From the NCBI GenBank assembly GCA_944392505.1, contig CALXWU010000002.1, positions 1 to 49,175 of the forward strand: 49,175 nucleotides of DNA, written 5' to 3'. Both the position numbers and the translations under genes were made by a program. The notes beneath the pieces were generated by a model that saw nothing but the letters and a program-made list of their open reading frames with translations, did not search any database and was not told the DNA's origin. Origin of the DNA: an uncultured Clostridia bacterium. Lineage in GTDB: Bacteria; Bacillota; Clostridia; TANB77; CAG-508. This document shows, piece by piece, positions 9,816-19,559 of this stretch. The stretch's first letter is position 1. Each line of letters begins with the position of its first letter.

Positions 9816-11219
9816 ATGAAAAAAGGTTTCAGATTTTATATGGCTCTATGGGGAGCAAAAACAGGTACAGTTTTATTAAAACTTCTTAGAAGAAATGCTA
9901 CATTTTTTCCGGGTAAATTTGCACTTAAAATTTGCCCTGATTTTATAGGTAAAATAGACAAGCCTAAAACAATAATAGCAGTAACTGGAACTAATGGTAA
10001 AACAACGGTATGCAACATGCTAGAAGACATTTTAAAAGATAACGATTATGTGTTTATAGATAACAAATATGGTTCAAACATTGATGCCGGAGTTGCCACA
10101 ACTTTAATTTCTGGGGTAACCTTTATGGGGAAATCTAAAAATGATTTAGCCGTTTTGGAAGTGGACGAAAGAAGTGCACCTAAGATTTATCCATATTTAA
10201 CGCCTACATATTTAGTTTGTACCAATTTGTTTAGGGATTCGCTTATGAGAAATGCACATACAGAGTTTATATCAGGAATTCTTACTAAATATATTCCAAA
10301 AGCTACTACCCTTATTCTAAATGGTGATGATTTAATTACAAGTAATATAGCACCAGAAAATAAAAGAATATATTTTGGAATTGATAGATTAGATACTGAT
10401 CTTGATAAATGCGAAAATATTGCGAGAGATATAATTGTATGTCCAAAATGTAATAGTAAACTAGAATATGAATATGTAAGATATAATCATATTGGAAAAG
10501 CTCATTGCCCAAAATGTGATTTCAGATCTCCAGATATAGATTATTTGGCTACTAATTTGGATTTAAAGAATATGAAATTAACTTTAAAAAATGGAAATTT
10601 AGAAGAAGAATATGATTTAATAAGTGATAACATTATAAACATATATAATATTGTTACTGTAATAACTGTTCTAAAGCAAATAGGCTTAACCCAAAAGCAA
10701 ATAAATGCTTCTATGAAAAAATTAAAAATAGTTGATACTAGATATAGTGAAGAAGTAGTAGATGGAATAAAAATTATAACTCACTTATCAAAAGGAATGA
10801 ATCCTATTGCATGTTCAAGAGTTTTTGATTATGTACGAAAATATGAAGGTGATAAAGCAGTAATATTACTGTTAGATGATTTACATGAGGCTGCAAATGG
10901 AAGTGAAAACATTGCCTGGCAATATGACACAGATTATGAATTTTTAAAGGATGAAAGCATAAAGCAAATTATAGTGGCAGGTGCGAGATATCTGGATGAT
11001 TATGTTAGACTTCAAATAGCAGGCATAGATAAAAAGATCATGGTATGTAAAAGAGATGAACTATCAGCAGTAGATGGATTAAAGCTAGAAGGGATAAAAA
11101 CTGTCTTTATATTACACGATTTATATTCTATGGAATTGAAAGAAGCTGTTAAGAAGAAGGTTGAAGTTATGATTAAGAATAGAGCTACAGAACAGGAGGA
11201 AAAGGTTGAAAATGAATAA
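9816..11219 (+). CDS. murT: Mur-ligase-family protein MurT (lipid II isoglutaminyl synthase ligase subunit homolog)
   Basis: P-loop VTGTNGKTT, Cys4 ribbon (CPKCNSK...CPKCDF) and a DUF1727-like C-terminus. Overlaps the GatD-like gene by 14 nt. Confidence 0.8.
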   Translation: MKKGFRFYMALWGAKTGTVLLKLLRRNATFFPGKFALKICPDFIGKIDKPKTIIAVTGTNGKTTVCNMLEDILKDNDYVFIDNKYGSNIDAGVATTLISGVTFMGKSKNDLAVLEVDERSAPKIYPYLTPTYLVCTNLFRDSLMRNAHTEFISGILTKYIPKATTLILNGDDLITSNIAPENKRIYFGIDRLDTDLDKCENIARDIIVCPKCNSKLEYEYVRYNHIGKAHCPKCDFRSPDIDYLATNLDLKNMKLTLKNGNLEEEYDLISDNIINIYNIVTVITVLKQIGLTQKQINASMKKLKIVDTRYSEEVVDGIKIITHLSKGMNPIACSRVFDYVRKYEGDKAVILLLDDLHEAANGSENIAWQYDTDYEFLKDESIKQIIVAGARYLDDYVRLQIAGIDKKIMVCKRDELSAVDGLKLEGIKTVFILHDLYSMELKEAVKKKVEVMIKNRATEQEEKVENE

Positions 11220-11913
11220 TATAAAAGTAGAAATACTGTTTCCTGAATTTTGTAATCTTTTTGGTGATATGTATAATATGAAATACCTAAAAATGTGCTT
11301 GCCTAATGCGGAATTTATCGAGACTGCATTAGATGAAATACCTGCATTTGTAAATGAAGATGTCAATTTGATTTATTTAGGACCAATGACAGAAAAAACG
11401 CAAGAAAAAGTAATAGCAAGACTTTTTCCATATAAACATAGAATAGAAGAATTGATAAATAAAAATGTTGTATTTTTATTCACCGGAAATGCACTTGAAG
11501 TATTAGGAAAATACATAGAAAATGAAGATGGCTCAAAAATAGAAGGCTTAGGTATTTTTGAGGTATATAGTCAAAGAGATATGATGCATAGACATAATAG
11601 TTATTTAATTGGAAAGTATGAAGATATTGAAGTACTAGGCTTTAAAAGTCAATTTACTATGATGTATGGAGATAATTCAGCTTCATATTTCCTAGAGGTA
11701 GAAAAAGGAATTGGAATAAATAAAGAGAGCAAATTGGAAGGAATAAAGAAGAATAACTTTATTGGAACATACCTTATAGGACCAATTCTAATATTAAATC
11801 CACTATTTACAAAAAAAGTATTAGAAATGATTGGAGTAGAGCCAAATATAGCACTAGAAGAAGATACGATGGCAGCATATGAGGCAAGATTAAAAGAATT
11901 GAGAAAGTTATAA
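11206..11913 (+). CDS. GatD-like CobQ-type amidotransferase-fold protein, apparently lacking the catalytic Cys and His
   Basis: Collinear with S. aureus GatD as I recall it. The nucleophile elbow (TICGGYQFLGK) reads LFTGNALEVLGK, and GTYLHGP reads GTYLIGP. Confidence 0.7.
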   Translation: MKMNNIKVEILFPEFCNLFGDMYNMKYLKMCLPNAEFIETALDEIPAFVNEDVNLIYLGPMTEKTQEKVIARLFPYKHRIEELINKNVVFLFTGNALEVLGKYIENEDGSKIEGLGIFEVYSQRDMMHRHNSYLIGKYEDIEVLGFKSQFTMMYGDNSASYFLEVEKGIGINKESKLEGIKKNNFIGTYLIGPILILNPLFTKKVLEMIGVEPNIALEEDTMAAYEARLKELRKL

Positions 11914-12021
11914 AAACAATAACTATTGAAAAAATATATAAAATATGATATATATTATTCATAAAATGGAGAAATTTGAAAATCAAATTTTAAATAGCAA
12001 ACAAAGAAATGAAGGTATAAT

Positions 12022-13047
12022 GTGAAAAACATAAAAGAATATAATTTAGATGAGCTAAAAAATGAAATAGAAGCATTAGGAGAAAAAAAGTATAGAGCAG
12101 AGCAAATCTTTAAATGGATCTATGTAGATAAAGTAAAAGAATTTGATGAAATGACTAATTTATCACTAGATTTAAGAGAAAAGCTAAAACAAAACTATAC
12201 CATATGCAATTTTAAAATTTTAAAAAAGCAAGAATCTGTAGATGGAACTAAAAAGTACTTGTTTGATGTATTAGATGGAAATGCAATAGAAACAGTACTT
12301 ATGCAATATCATCATGGCAAAACAATATGTGTTTCATCACAAATTGGTTGCAAAATGGGCTGCAAATTTTGTGCTTCTACTGGAATAAAATTTATACGCA
12401 ACCTTACAAGTGGAGAAATTGTGGAACAAGTACTTGCAGTAGAACAAGATATTGGAGATAAAATATCTAATATAGTGTTTATGGGAATTGGAGAGCCTTT
12501 TGATAATTATGATAATGTCATGAAAGCTATAAAAATTTTGAACAATCAAAAAGGCTTAAACATAGGAGCAAGACATATTAGTATATCTACCAGCGGAATT
12601 GTGCCAATGATATATAAATTCGCAGATGAAGAAGGGCAATGTACTTTATCAATATCATTACATGCTACAAATGATGAAAAAAGAAGCAAAATGATGCCTA
12701 TTAATAATAGGTATAACATAAAAGAATTAATGGAAGCATGTAAGTATTATATAAACAAAACAAATAAAAGAATATCCTTTGAATATGCTTTAGCTAAAGA
12801 CAATAATGACAACCTAGAGGATGCAAAAGAATTAGTAAAATTGCTTAAAGGAATGTTATGCCATGTTAATTTAATACCAATTAACAAAATAGAAAATGGA
12901 AGTTTTACAAAAAGTTCAAATGAAAACATTATAAAGTTTAGAGATTACTTAAATGAAAATGGAATTGTTGCGACAATAAGAAGAGAATTAGGTTCAGATA
13001 TAGACGCAGCTTGCGGACAATTAAGAAGAAAAAATTTAAAAGAATAG
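12022..13047 (+). CDS. rlmN: 23S rRNA/tRNA adenine-C2 methyltransferase RlmN (radical SAM)
   Basis: CKMGCKFCAS radical-SAM motif, GIGEP, C-terminal DIDAACGQL. GTG start. Confidence 0.9.
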   Translation: MKNIKEYNLDELKNEIEALGEKKYRAEQIFKWIYVDKVKEFDEMTNLSLDLREKLKQNYTICNFKILKKQESVDGTKKYLFDVLDGNAIETVLMQYHHGKTICVSSQIGCKMGCKFCASTGIKFIRNLTSGEIVEQVLAVEQDIGDKISNIVFMGIGEPFDNYDNVMKAIKILNNQKGLNIGARHISISTSGIVPMIYKFADEEGQCTLSISLHATNDEKRSKMMPINNRYNIKELMEACKYYINKTNKRISFEYALAKDNNDNLEDAKELVKLLKGMLCHVNLIPINKIENGSFTKSSNENIIKFRDYLNENGIVATIRRELGSDIDAACGQLRRKNLKE

Positions 13048-13078
13048 TTAACTTACTCGAATGGAGGGACAAACACAA

Positions 13079-13802
13079 ATGGTTTTTGCTAAATCAGATA
13101 TAGGAAAAGCAAGAGAAACAAATCAAGATTATTACTATATCTCCGAAAACAATGAATCACCACAAGTATATATTTTAGCAGATGGAATGGGACGGATATA
13201 AAGGTGGAGAAGTGGCAAGCAAACTTGCTGTTGAATCAGCTAGAAATTACATAAAGAACAATTTTAGTAATAATTTTACAGAAAAAGAAGAAATATTAAA
13301 ACTAGTAGCAAATGCTATCGAATATGCTAATATGGTTGTATATGAAAAATCAAAAGAAGTACAAGAATTAGAAGGAATGGGTACTACTTTAGAAGTTTGT
13401 TTAATATATAATAATAAGGCATATATAGGACATGTAGGAGATAGCAGAATATATAGAATTCGAAAAGAAGTTATTAGAAAACTTACAAAAGACCATAGTT
13501 ATGTGCAACAATTGGTAGAAGATAAAAAAATTACAAGAGAAGAAGCAAAAACACATCCAAAGAAAAACATGCTAACAAAAGCGCTTGGATGCACGCCATA
13601 TGTTGAACCTGACTTAAGAGCAAGAAATTTCGAAAAAGGCGATATATTTATCATGTGTTCTGATGGCTTAACTAATATGGTAGAAGAAAAAAGAATATAT
13701 GAACTAGTTAAAGAAGATTTAAATACAGCAGTAGACAAACTAATAAATGAGGCAAATATGGCAGGAGGCTATGACAATATTACTGTCATTATTATAAAAT
13801 AG
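13079..13802 (+). pseudogene. stp: PP2C Ser/Thr phosphatase (Stp/PrpC) with the frame broken by 1 extra nt at about 13193
   Basis: 13079-13201 encodes MVFAKSDIGKARETNQDYYYISENNESPQVYILADGMGR*. The +1 frame continues GYKGGEVASKL...GGYDNITVIII. Removing C13193 restores DGMGGYKGGEVAS. Confidence 0.85.
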
Positions 13803-13817
13803 AGGAGAAGATTAGTT

Positions 13818-15866
13818 ATGAACCTAGAAGGAAGATTAATAGGAAATAGGTATGAGATACTGGAGAAGATTGGCAATGGTGGAATGGCAACAGTGTATAA
13901 AGCACAAGATAAAATCTTGAAAAGATATGTGGCTGTAAAAGTGCTAAGAGAAGAATTTACAACAGATGAGGAATTTATTAGAAGATTTAATACTGAAGCA
14001 CAATCAGCTGCAAGTTTAGCACACCCAAACATTGTATCAATATATGATGTAGGAATGGAAGATAATATTTACTATATTGTAATGGAGCTTATACAAGGAA
14101 AAACTTTAAAACAAATAATAGATGAAGATGGTGTACTTCCTTGGAAATGGTCACTTGATATTGCAATTCAAATAGCATCTGCATTAGAAGTAGCTCATAA
14201 AAACCACATAATACATAGAGATATAAAACCACACAATATAATAATTACAGAAGATGGAGTAGCAAAGGTTACAGATTTTGGAATAGCAAAAGCAGTTTCA
14301 AACTCGACAATAACAGCATTTGGTACTACAATAGGTTCAGTACATTATTTTTCTCCTGAACATGCAAGAGGTGGTTTTACAGATGCAAAATCAGACTTAT
14401 ATTCACTTGGCGTTGTTATGTATGAAATGCTAACAGGAAGAGTACCATTTGATGCAGATACACCTGTATCAATTGCATTAAAACATATGCAAGAAAAACC
14501 TGTAGAACCAATAAAATTAAATCCTTCAATCCCATATTCAGTGAATAAAATCATAATGAAAGCTATGGAAAAGGACTTAAATTTACGTTATCAATCAGCG
14601 ACAGAAATGCTTAAAGACTTAAATATGGCATTAAAAGATCCTGATGGAGATTTCGTAAAAACTTCTTCAAATGATATGGCATATACACAAAGAATAGAAA
14701 CAATACCAGAGGAGACAAACGAGAATAATAAGAAAAGTGAAGAAAAGACTGATAATAAGAAGAAAAATGAAAAAGTTGGATTCTTTAAAAAATATCCAGC
14801 AGCAAAATGGATATTAATAGTTTTACTTATTATACTAATTCCTGTAGTCGGTTTTTTTGGATCACAGGCAATATTAAATGCAGGTAGAACTAAAGATGTT
14901 GCATTACCTAACTTCGTAGACATGACAAGAGAAGAAGCAGAGCGTCAGGCAGAAGAATCAAATTTGCAATTAGAAATTACAGAAGAATTTAATTCAGAGG
15001 TAGAAGCAGGCAAGGTTATTTCTCAAGACCCATCATACTTGGAAGGATACACAGTAAAAGAAAATTCAACAGTAAAACTTGCAATAAGTAAAGGTGAAAA
15101 CATAAAAATAGTTCCTAAAGTAGTTGGAGAAGAAGTGGAAGCTGCCAGAGAATTATTAAAAGCTGAAGAACTTGAAATTGAGGTTATAGAAGAAAACAGC
15201 GATGAAGTTGAAGCAGGAATAATTATAAGACAAGAACCAGAAGCAGACGAAGAAGTAAATGCAGGTTCAACAGTAAAAGTATATGTAAGTGCAGGAATAA
15301 AACAAATAACTATGACAAATGTAGTTGGAAAAACTGAAGCAGATGCTAAGAAAGAACTTGAAGATTTGGGATTTGTTGTAAAAGTTGAGACAGAAGAAGA
15401 TACCTCAAAAGACGACGGAATAGTATTAAGACAGACTGTAGATGAGGGAACTACTGTAAATGATGGAACAGAAGTTATACTTATAGTAAATAGAATAGAA
15501 GAAAGATTTACTGTAGGAGTAAACATTAATGTAAACAGCTTGACAAGTAGCTATTTTGGTACTTCTGGAAATCAAGGGACATCGACAGGTGATGGTACAA
15601 CTGAAGGAGGAGAAACCACTGAAGGTGGCACAACAGAATTACCAACTGTAGATATTACAGTAGAAGGCGGAAATAGAAAAGAAGTAAGGACAAAAGTAAG
15701 TATAGATAATACTGCATTTGATATGGGTGGACTTACTTTTACAGGAAAAAAAGGAGAAACGTTAAAAGTGGATCTTTTAATCACAAATTCAGAAAATAAT
15801 GCTACAATATATCAAACAAGTGCAGATATTACATTTGGCACAACTGAAACATTAATATTTGAATAG
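13818..15866 (+). CDS. prkC: Ser/Thr protein kinase PrkC with PASTA repeats
   Basis: Hanks kinase motifs (GGMATVYKA, HRDIKPHN, DFG), one TM segment, three PASTA-like repeats and an extra C-terminal beta-rich domain. Confidence 0.92.
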   Translation: MNLEGRLIGNRYEILEKIGNGGMATVYKAQDKILKRYVAVKVLREEFTTDEEFIRRFNTEAQSAASLAHPNIVSIYDVGMEDNIYYIVMELIQGKTLKQIIDEDGVLPWKWSLDIAIQIASALEVAHKNHIIHRDIKPHNIIITEDGVAKVTDFGIAKAVSNSTITAFGTTIGSVHYFSPEHARGGFTDAKSDLYSLGVVMYEMLTGRVPFDADTPVSIALKHMQEKPVEPIKLNPSIPYSVNKIIMKAMEKDLNLRYQSATEMLKDLNMALKDPDGDFVKTSSNDMAYTQRIETIPEETNENNKKSEEKTDNKKKNEKVGFFKKYPAAKWILIVLLIILIPVVGFFGSQAILNAGRTKDVALPNFVDMTREEAERQAEESNLQLEITEEFNSEVEAGKVISQDPSYLEGYTVKENSTVKLAISKGENIKIVPKVVGEEVEAARELLKAEELEIEVIEENSDEVEAGIIIRQEPEADEEVNAGSTVKVYVSAGIKQITMTNVVGKTEADAKKELEDLGFVVKVETEEDTSKDDGIVLRQTVDEGTTVNDGTEVILIVNRIEERFTVGVNINVNSLTSSYFGTSGNQGTSTGDGTTEGGETTEGGTTELPTVDITVEGGNRKEVRTKVSIDNTAFDMGGLTFTGKKGETLKVDLLITNSENNATIYQTSADITFGTTETLIFE

Positions 15867-15901
15867 TAGATGAGTTAAAATATTAAATTGAAATTAAAAC
15901 A

Positions 15902-15937
15902 AGGCAGAGATTCATTTGAATACTCTGCCTATATTTT
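15902..15937 (+). terminator. Intrinsic terminator after prkC
   Basis: AGGCAGAG...CTCTGCCT stem followed by ATATTTT. Confidence 0.6.
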
Positions 15938-16045
15938 ATAAAAATTGCAAAAATGTGATAAAAATACTTATAAAACTTATAAAAGTGTGATAAAATTTAA
16001 GAAATACTTGCAAAAATGGATAAACATTTATTTAGGAGGAAAATT

Positions 16046-16927
16046 GTGCTAAAGGGAATAGTTTTAAGTAATATATCTAATTTATATAAAGTAGAAGTAA
16101 ATAACAAAATATACGATTGCTCTGCAAGAGGAAAAATAAAGAATACTGATTTGAGTCCTGTTGCTGGAGATATTGTAACAATTGAGCTTCAAGATGAAGA
16201 AGAAAAGGTTGGAGTAATTGAAGATATTAAGGAAAGAAAAAACTATATAAAAAGACCTAAAATGGCAAATCTATCACAGATTATTTTAGTTATATCCATG
16301 AAGATGCCAAAGCCAGATCTCCTTTTATTAGATAAGCAATTAGTTTATGCAGAGTATATGAATATAAGGCCTATAATTTGTTTAAATAAAATAGACCTAG
16401 AAAATGACGATAGAATAAATAAGATTCATGAGTTATATAAAAGTATAGGATATGATGTAATTAAAACAAATGCAAAAGAAGGAATAGGTGTAAAAGAAAT
16501 AAAAAAATGTTTAGAAAATAATATAACAGCCTTTTCTGGGAATTCAGGAGTTGGTAAATCTACATTAATTAATTGTATAATGGAAAAAAATATAACTGAA
16601 GAGGGAAATATAAGCCACAAGAATAAAAAAGGGAAAAATACAACCACACAAGTCAACCTATATAAAATAAAAGAAAATTCATACATAGCAGATACTCCAG
16701 GATTTTCTACCTTTGATGTTAATGAGATAGAAAAGGAAGAGTTGGCCAAGTATTTTGTAGAATTTAAAGACTATCTAAATCAATGCGAATATGCAGATTG
16801 TAGCCATATAAAAGAAGAAAGATGTGGAATAAAGAAAGGAATTGAGGAAGGCAAAATTTCTAAAGAAAGATATGAGAGATATTGTCAAATTTATGAGGAG
16901 CTAAGAAACAAAAAGAAAGTGTATTAA
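16046..16927 (+). CDS. rsgA: Ribosome small-subunit-dependent GTPase A
   Basis: Circularly permuted GTPase (LNKIDL, GNSGVGKSTLIN) with a C-terminal zinc motif (CEYADCSHIKEERC). GTG at 16046 with AGGAGG 6 nt upstream. Confidence 0.88.
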   Translation: MLKGIVLSNISNLYKVEVNNKIYDCSARGKIKNTDLSPVAGDIVTIELQDEEEKVGVIEDIKERKNYIKRPKMANLSQIILVISMKMPKPDLLLLDKQLVYAEYMNIRPIICLNKIDLENDDRINKIHELYKSIGYDVIKTNAKEGIGVKEIKKCLENNITAFSGNSGVGKSTLINCIMEKNITEEGNISHKNKKGKNTTTQVNLYKIKENSYIADTPGFSTFDVNEIEKEELAKYFVEFKDYLNQCEYADCSHIKEERCGIKKGIEEGKISKERYERYCQIYEELRNKKKVY

Positions 16928-17005
16928 ACGATGGTAGTGATAACATAATGGTAAATAAAATGGGCATATGTTATATTACTATTGGAGTAAGGAGGAAATA
17001 TTAAA

Positions 17006-17662
17006 ATGGAAGTATCAACATCAATATTAAATGTAAAAAAAGAGGACTGTATTCAAACCTTCTACAATTTAGAAACAGCTAAAACAGATTATTTTCACAT
17101 AGATGTAATGGATGGGGAATTCGTGCCAAATAATACATCGGAATTAATGACTGAATATTGTGAATATTTAAAAAGTATAACCAATGTTCCATTAGATGTG
17201 CATTTAATGGTAAAGGATGTTATTTCATATATAAAAAGTTTTATGATTTTTGAACCAAGAAATATTACTATACATTTTGAAGCAGCAAATGACAAAAAAG
17301 AGTTACTAGGTTGGCTTGCTTACATAAAAGAGAATAATGTAAAGGCTGGAATTAGCATAAAACCTAATACAGATATTAAGGAAATACTAGATATTTTACC
17401 ATATATACATACTATTTTAGTTATGACAGTAGAACCGGGAAAAGGTGGTCAAGAGTTAATGCCAGAAACTATAGAAAAAATAAAGAAGCTTAGAGAATAT
17501 ATAGACAAAAACAATTTAGACATAGACATTGAGGCAGATGGAGGAATTAATTTAGATAATGTAGGACTTCTAAAAGAAGCGGGTTGTAATATTATAGTTG
17601 CGGGGACATGTATTTTAAAATCAGATAATTTTAAAGAAACTATTGAAAAATTAAAAGCATAA
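17006..17662 (+). CDS. rpe: Ribulose-phosphate 3-epimerase
   Basis: HIDVMDGEFVPN, MTVEPGKGGQ, DGGIN motifs. RBS AAGGAGG. Confidence 0.9.
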   Translation: MEVSTSILNVKKEDCIQTFYNLETAKTDYFHIDVMDGEFVPNNTSELMTEYCEYLKSITNVPLDVHLMVKDVISYIKSFMIFEPRNITIHFEAANDKKELLGWLAYIKENNVKAGISIKPNTDIKEILDILPYIHTILVMTVEPGKGGQELMPETIEKIKKLREYIDKNNLDIDIEADGGINLDNVGLLKEAGCNIIVAGTCILKSDNFKETIEKLKA

Positions 17663-17680
17663 AGTTTTTCAATATAAGGC

Positions 17681-17709
17681 TTGATTAAAATTTTTATTTA
17701 TGATAAGAT
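17681..17709 (+). promoter_or_regulatory. Sigma-A-type promoter candidate for pyrG (TTGATT-N17-TAAGAT, TGn extended -10)
   Basis: TTGATT at 17681-17686 and TGATAAGAT at 17701-17709. Lies upstream of the leader hairpin. Confidence 0.45.
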
Positions 17710-17730
17710 AATTTCATAATAATAAACAGT

Positions 17731-17794
17731 AAAAAGTAGATTAAAAAAAAACCGATTTTGGCGGTTTTGACTTTTTAATCTACTTTTTGTTTTT
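17731..17794 (+). terminator. Long hairpin plus T-tract between rpe and pyrG (rpe terminator and/or pyrG leader attenuator)
   Basis: AAAAAGTAGATTAAAAA / TTTTTAATCTACTTTTT outer stem with inner AAACCG...CGGTTT, followed by TTTTGTTTTT. Confidence 0.6.
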
Positions 17795-17828
17795 GGGTTA
17801 ATAAAATTTATAATAGGGGTGGTACAAA

Positions 17829-19434
17829 GTGAAGACAAAGTATGTTTTTGTAACGCGGAGGAGTAGTATCTGGACTAGGAAAAGGAATAACAGCAGCTTC
17901 TTTAGGGAGATTACTAAAAAATAGGGGATATAAAGTGGTTAATCAGAAATTTGATCCATATATAAATGTGGATCCTGGTACGATGAGTCCATATGAACAT
18001 GGAGAAGTATTTGTTACAAATGATGGAGCTGAAACAGACTTGGATTTAGGACACTATGAAAGATTTACAGATGTAAATTTGACAAAAGCTTCTAGTATTA
18101 CAATGGGGAAGATATATCAAGAAGTAATAGAAAAAGAGCGAAGAGGCGATTATTTAGGAAGGACTGTACAAGTTATACCACATATTACTAATGCAATAAA
18201 AGAAAAGATATATTCCTTTAAAAATAGAGATGTAGATATAGTAATTACAGAAATAGGCGGAACTGTGGGAGATATAGAGGGCTTATCCATAATTGAAGCC
18301 ATTAGACAAGTAGGATTAGAAAATCCCTCTGAAGATGTAATATATATACATGTTACATTGCTTCCATATATTTCAGGCTCAAAGGAATTAAAATCAAAAC
18401 CAACACAACACTCTGTAAAAGAACTTCAATCCTTTGGAATAAAGCCAGATATCTTAGTCTGTCGAACTGAAAAAGATATATCCAATAATTTAAGAGAAAA
18501 AATTGCCTTATTCTGCAATGTAAGAAAAGAAAGTGTAATAGCTAATAAAACAGCAAATTGCTTGTATGAAGTACCACTTTTGCTTGAAAAAGAAGGATTA
18601 GCATATGAAGTGTGTAAACACTTACAATTAGAGAAAATTGAGTCAAACAATATAGAATGGGAAAAATTAAATGAGAAAATAAAAAATATTTCTGATAAGG
18701 TAGTAAAAATAGCTATAGTAGGAAAATATGTTAAATTAGAGGATTCATATTTATCTGTAATAGAAAGTTTAAAACATGCAGGAATAGAAAATGGAGTTAC
18801 TGTAAAAACCGATTTAGTAGATGCAGAAAAAATTACAGCTGAAAATGTGAAGGAAAAATTATCAGCATATGACGGAATTGTTGTGCCAGGAGGATTTGGA
18901 AATAGAGGAATAGAAGGCAAAATTCAAACTATAAAATATGCCAGAGAAAACAATATACCATTTTTAGGAATATGTTTAGGTATGCAAATGGCTGTAGTGG
19001 AATTTGCTAGAGATGTTCTTGGATTAAAAGACGCAAATTCAGAAGAATTTGATGAACTAACTAAAAATCCAGTTATACATATCATGCATGATCAGAAGGA
19101 GGTAACAAACAAAGGAGGAACCATGAGACTGGGGGCTTATCCCTGCAATATGAAAAAAGGAAGTCTTGCAGAGAAAGTGTATAAAACCCATAAAATATCA
19201 GAAAGACATAGACACCGTTTTGAATACAATAATGATTATAAAGAAGTAATGGAGAAGAATGGGCTTATTGTTTCTGGAACATCACCAGATGAAAAATTGG
19301 TGGAAATAGTTGAATTAAAAGAACATCCATATTTTATTGCTTGTCAATTTCATCCAGAATTTAAGTCAAGACCAGATAAACCTGCACCTTTATTTGTAGG
19401 ACTTATTAAGAAAGCAAAAGAGCATAGTAAATAG
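17829..19434 (+). pseudogene. pyrG: CTP synthase PyrG with the frame broken by 1 extra nt at about 17856
   Basis: GTG 17829 (RBS GGGGTGG) gives VKTKYVFVT, then CGG. The +1 frame reads [27 protein letters not shown] and runs into track ORF 17935-19434, which has the GATase motifs GICLGMQ and FHPEF. Confidence 0.88.
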
Positions 19435-19507
19435 GAAACATAGCTACAATTTATAATATTAGTAGACCAATGTCGTATTTTTAAAATTAATAAAATTAAG
19501 AAAAAAT

Positions 19508-19532
19508 GTGCGTAAACAAATTGTTTACGCAC
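19508..19532. terminator. Bidirectional terminator between pyrG and the convergent membrane-protein gene
   Basis: GTGCGTAAACA / TGTTTACGCAC, an 11-bp perfect stem. Confidence 0.7.
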
Positions 19533-19559
19533 TAAATTATATAAAAATTAATTAAATGA

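Noticed and set aside
15023-15526. Long antisense ORFs in the track that lie opposite real genes. Examples are 15023-15526, 18426-18920, 28634-29173, 39243-39923, 5175-5582, 43724-44107 and 14591-14923.
   Set aside because: They lie entirely within well-supported genes on the other strand. They have Ser/Phe/Ile/Leu-rich, low-complexity translations typical of the reverse frame of AT-rich coding sequence. They also lack an RBS.
15560-15640. Short tandem peptide repeat TTEGGETTEGGTTE in the PrkC C-terminal region.
   Set aside because: It is a low-complexity linker within an intact ORF and no DNA-level element can be inferred.
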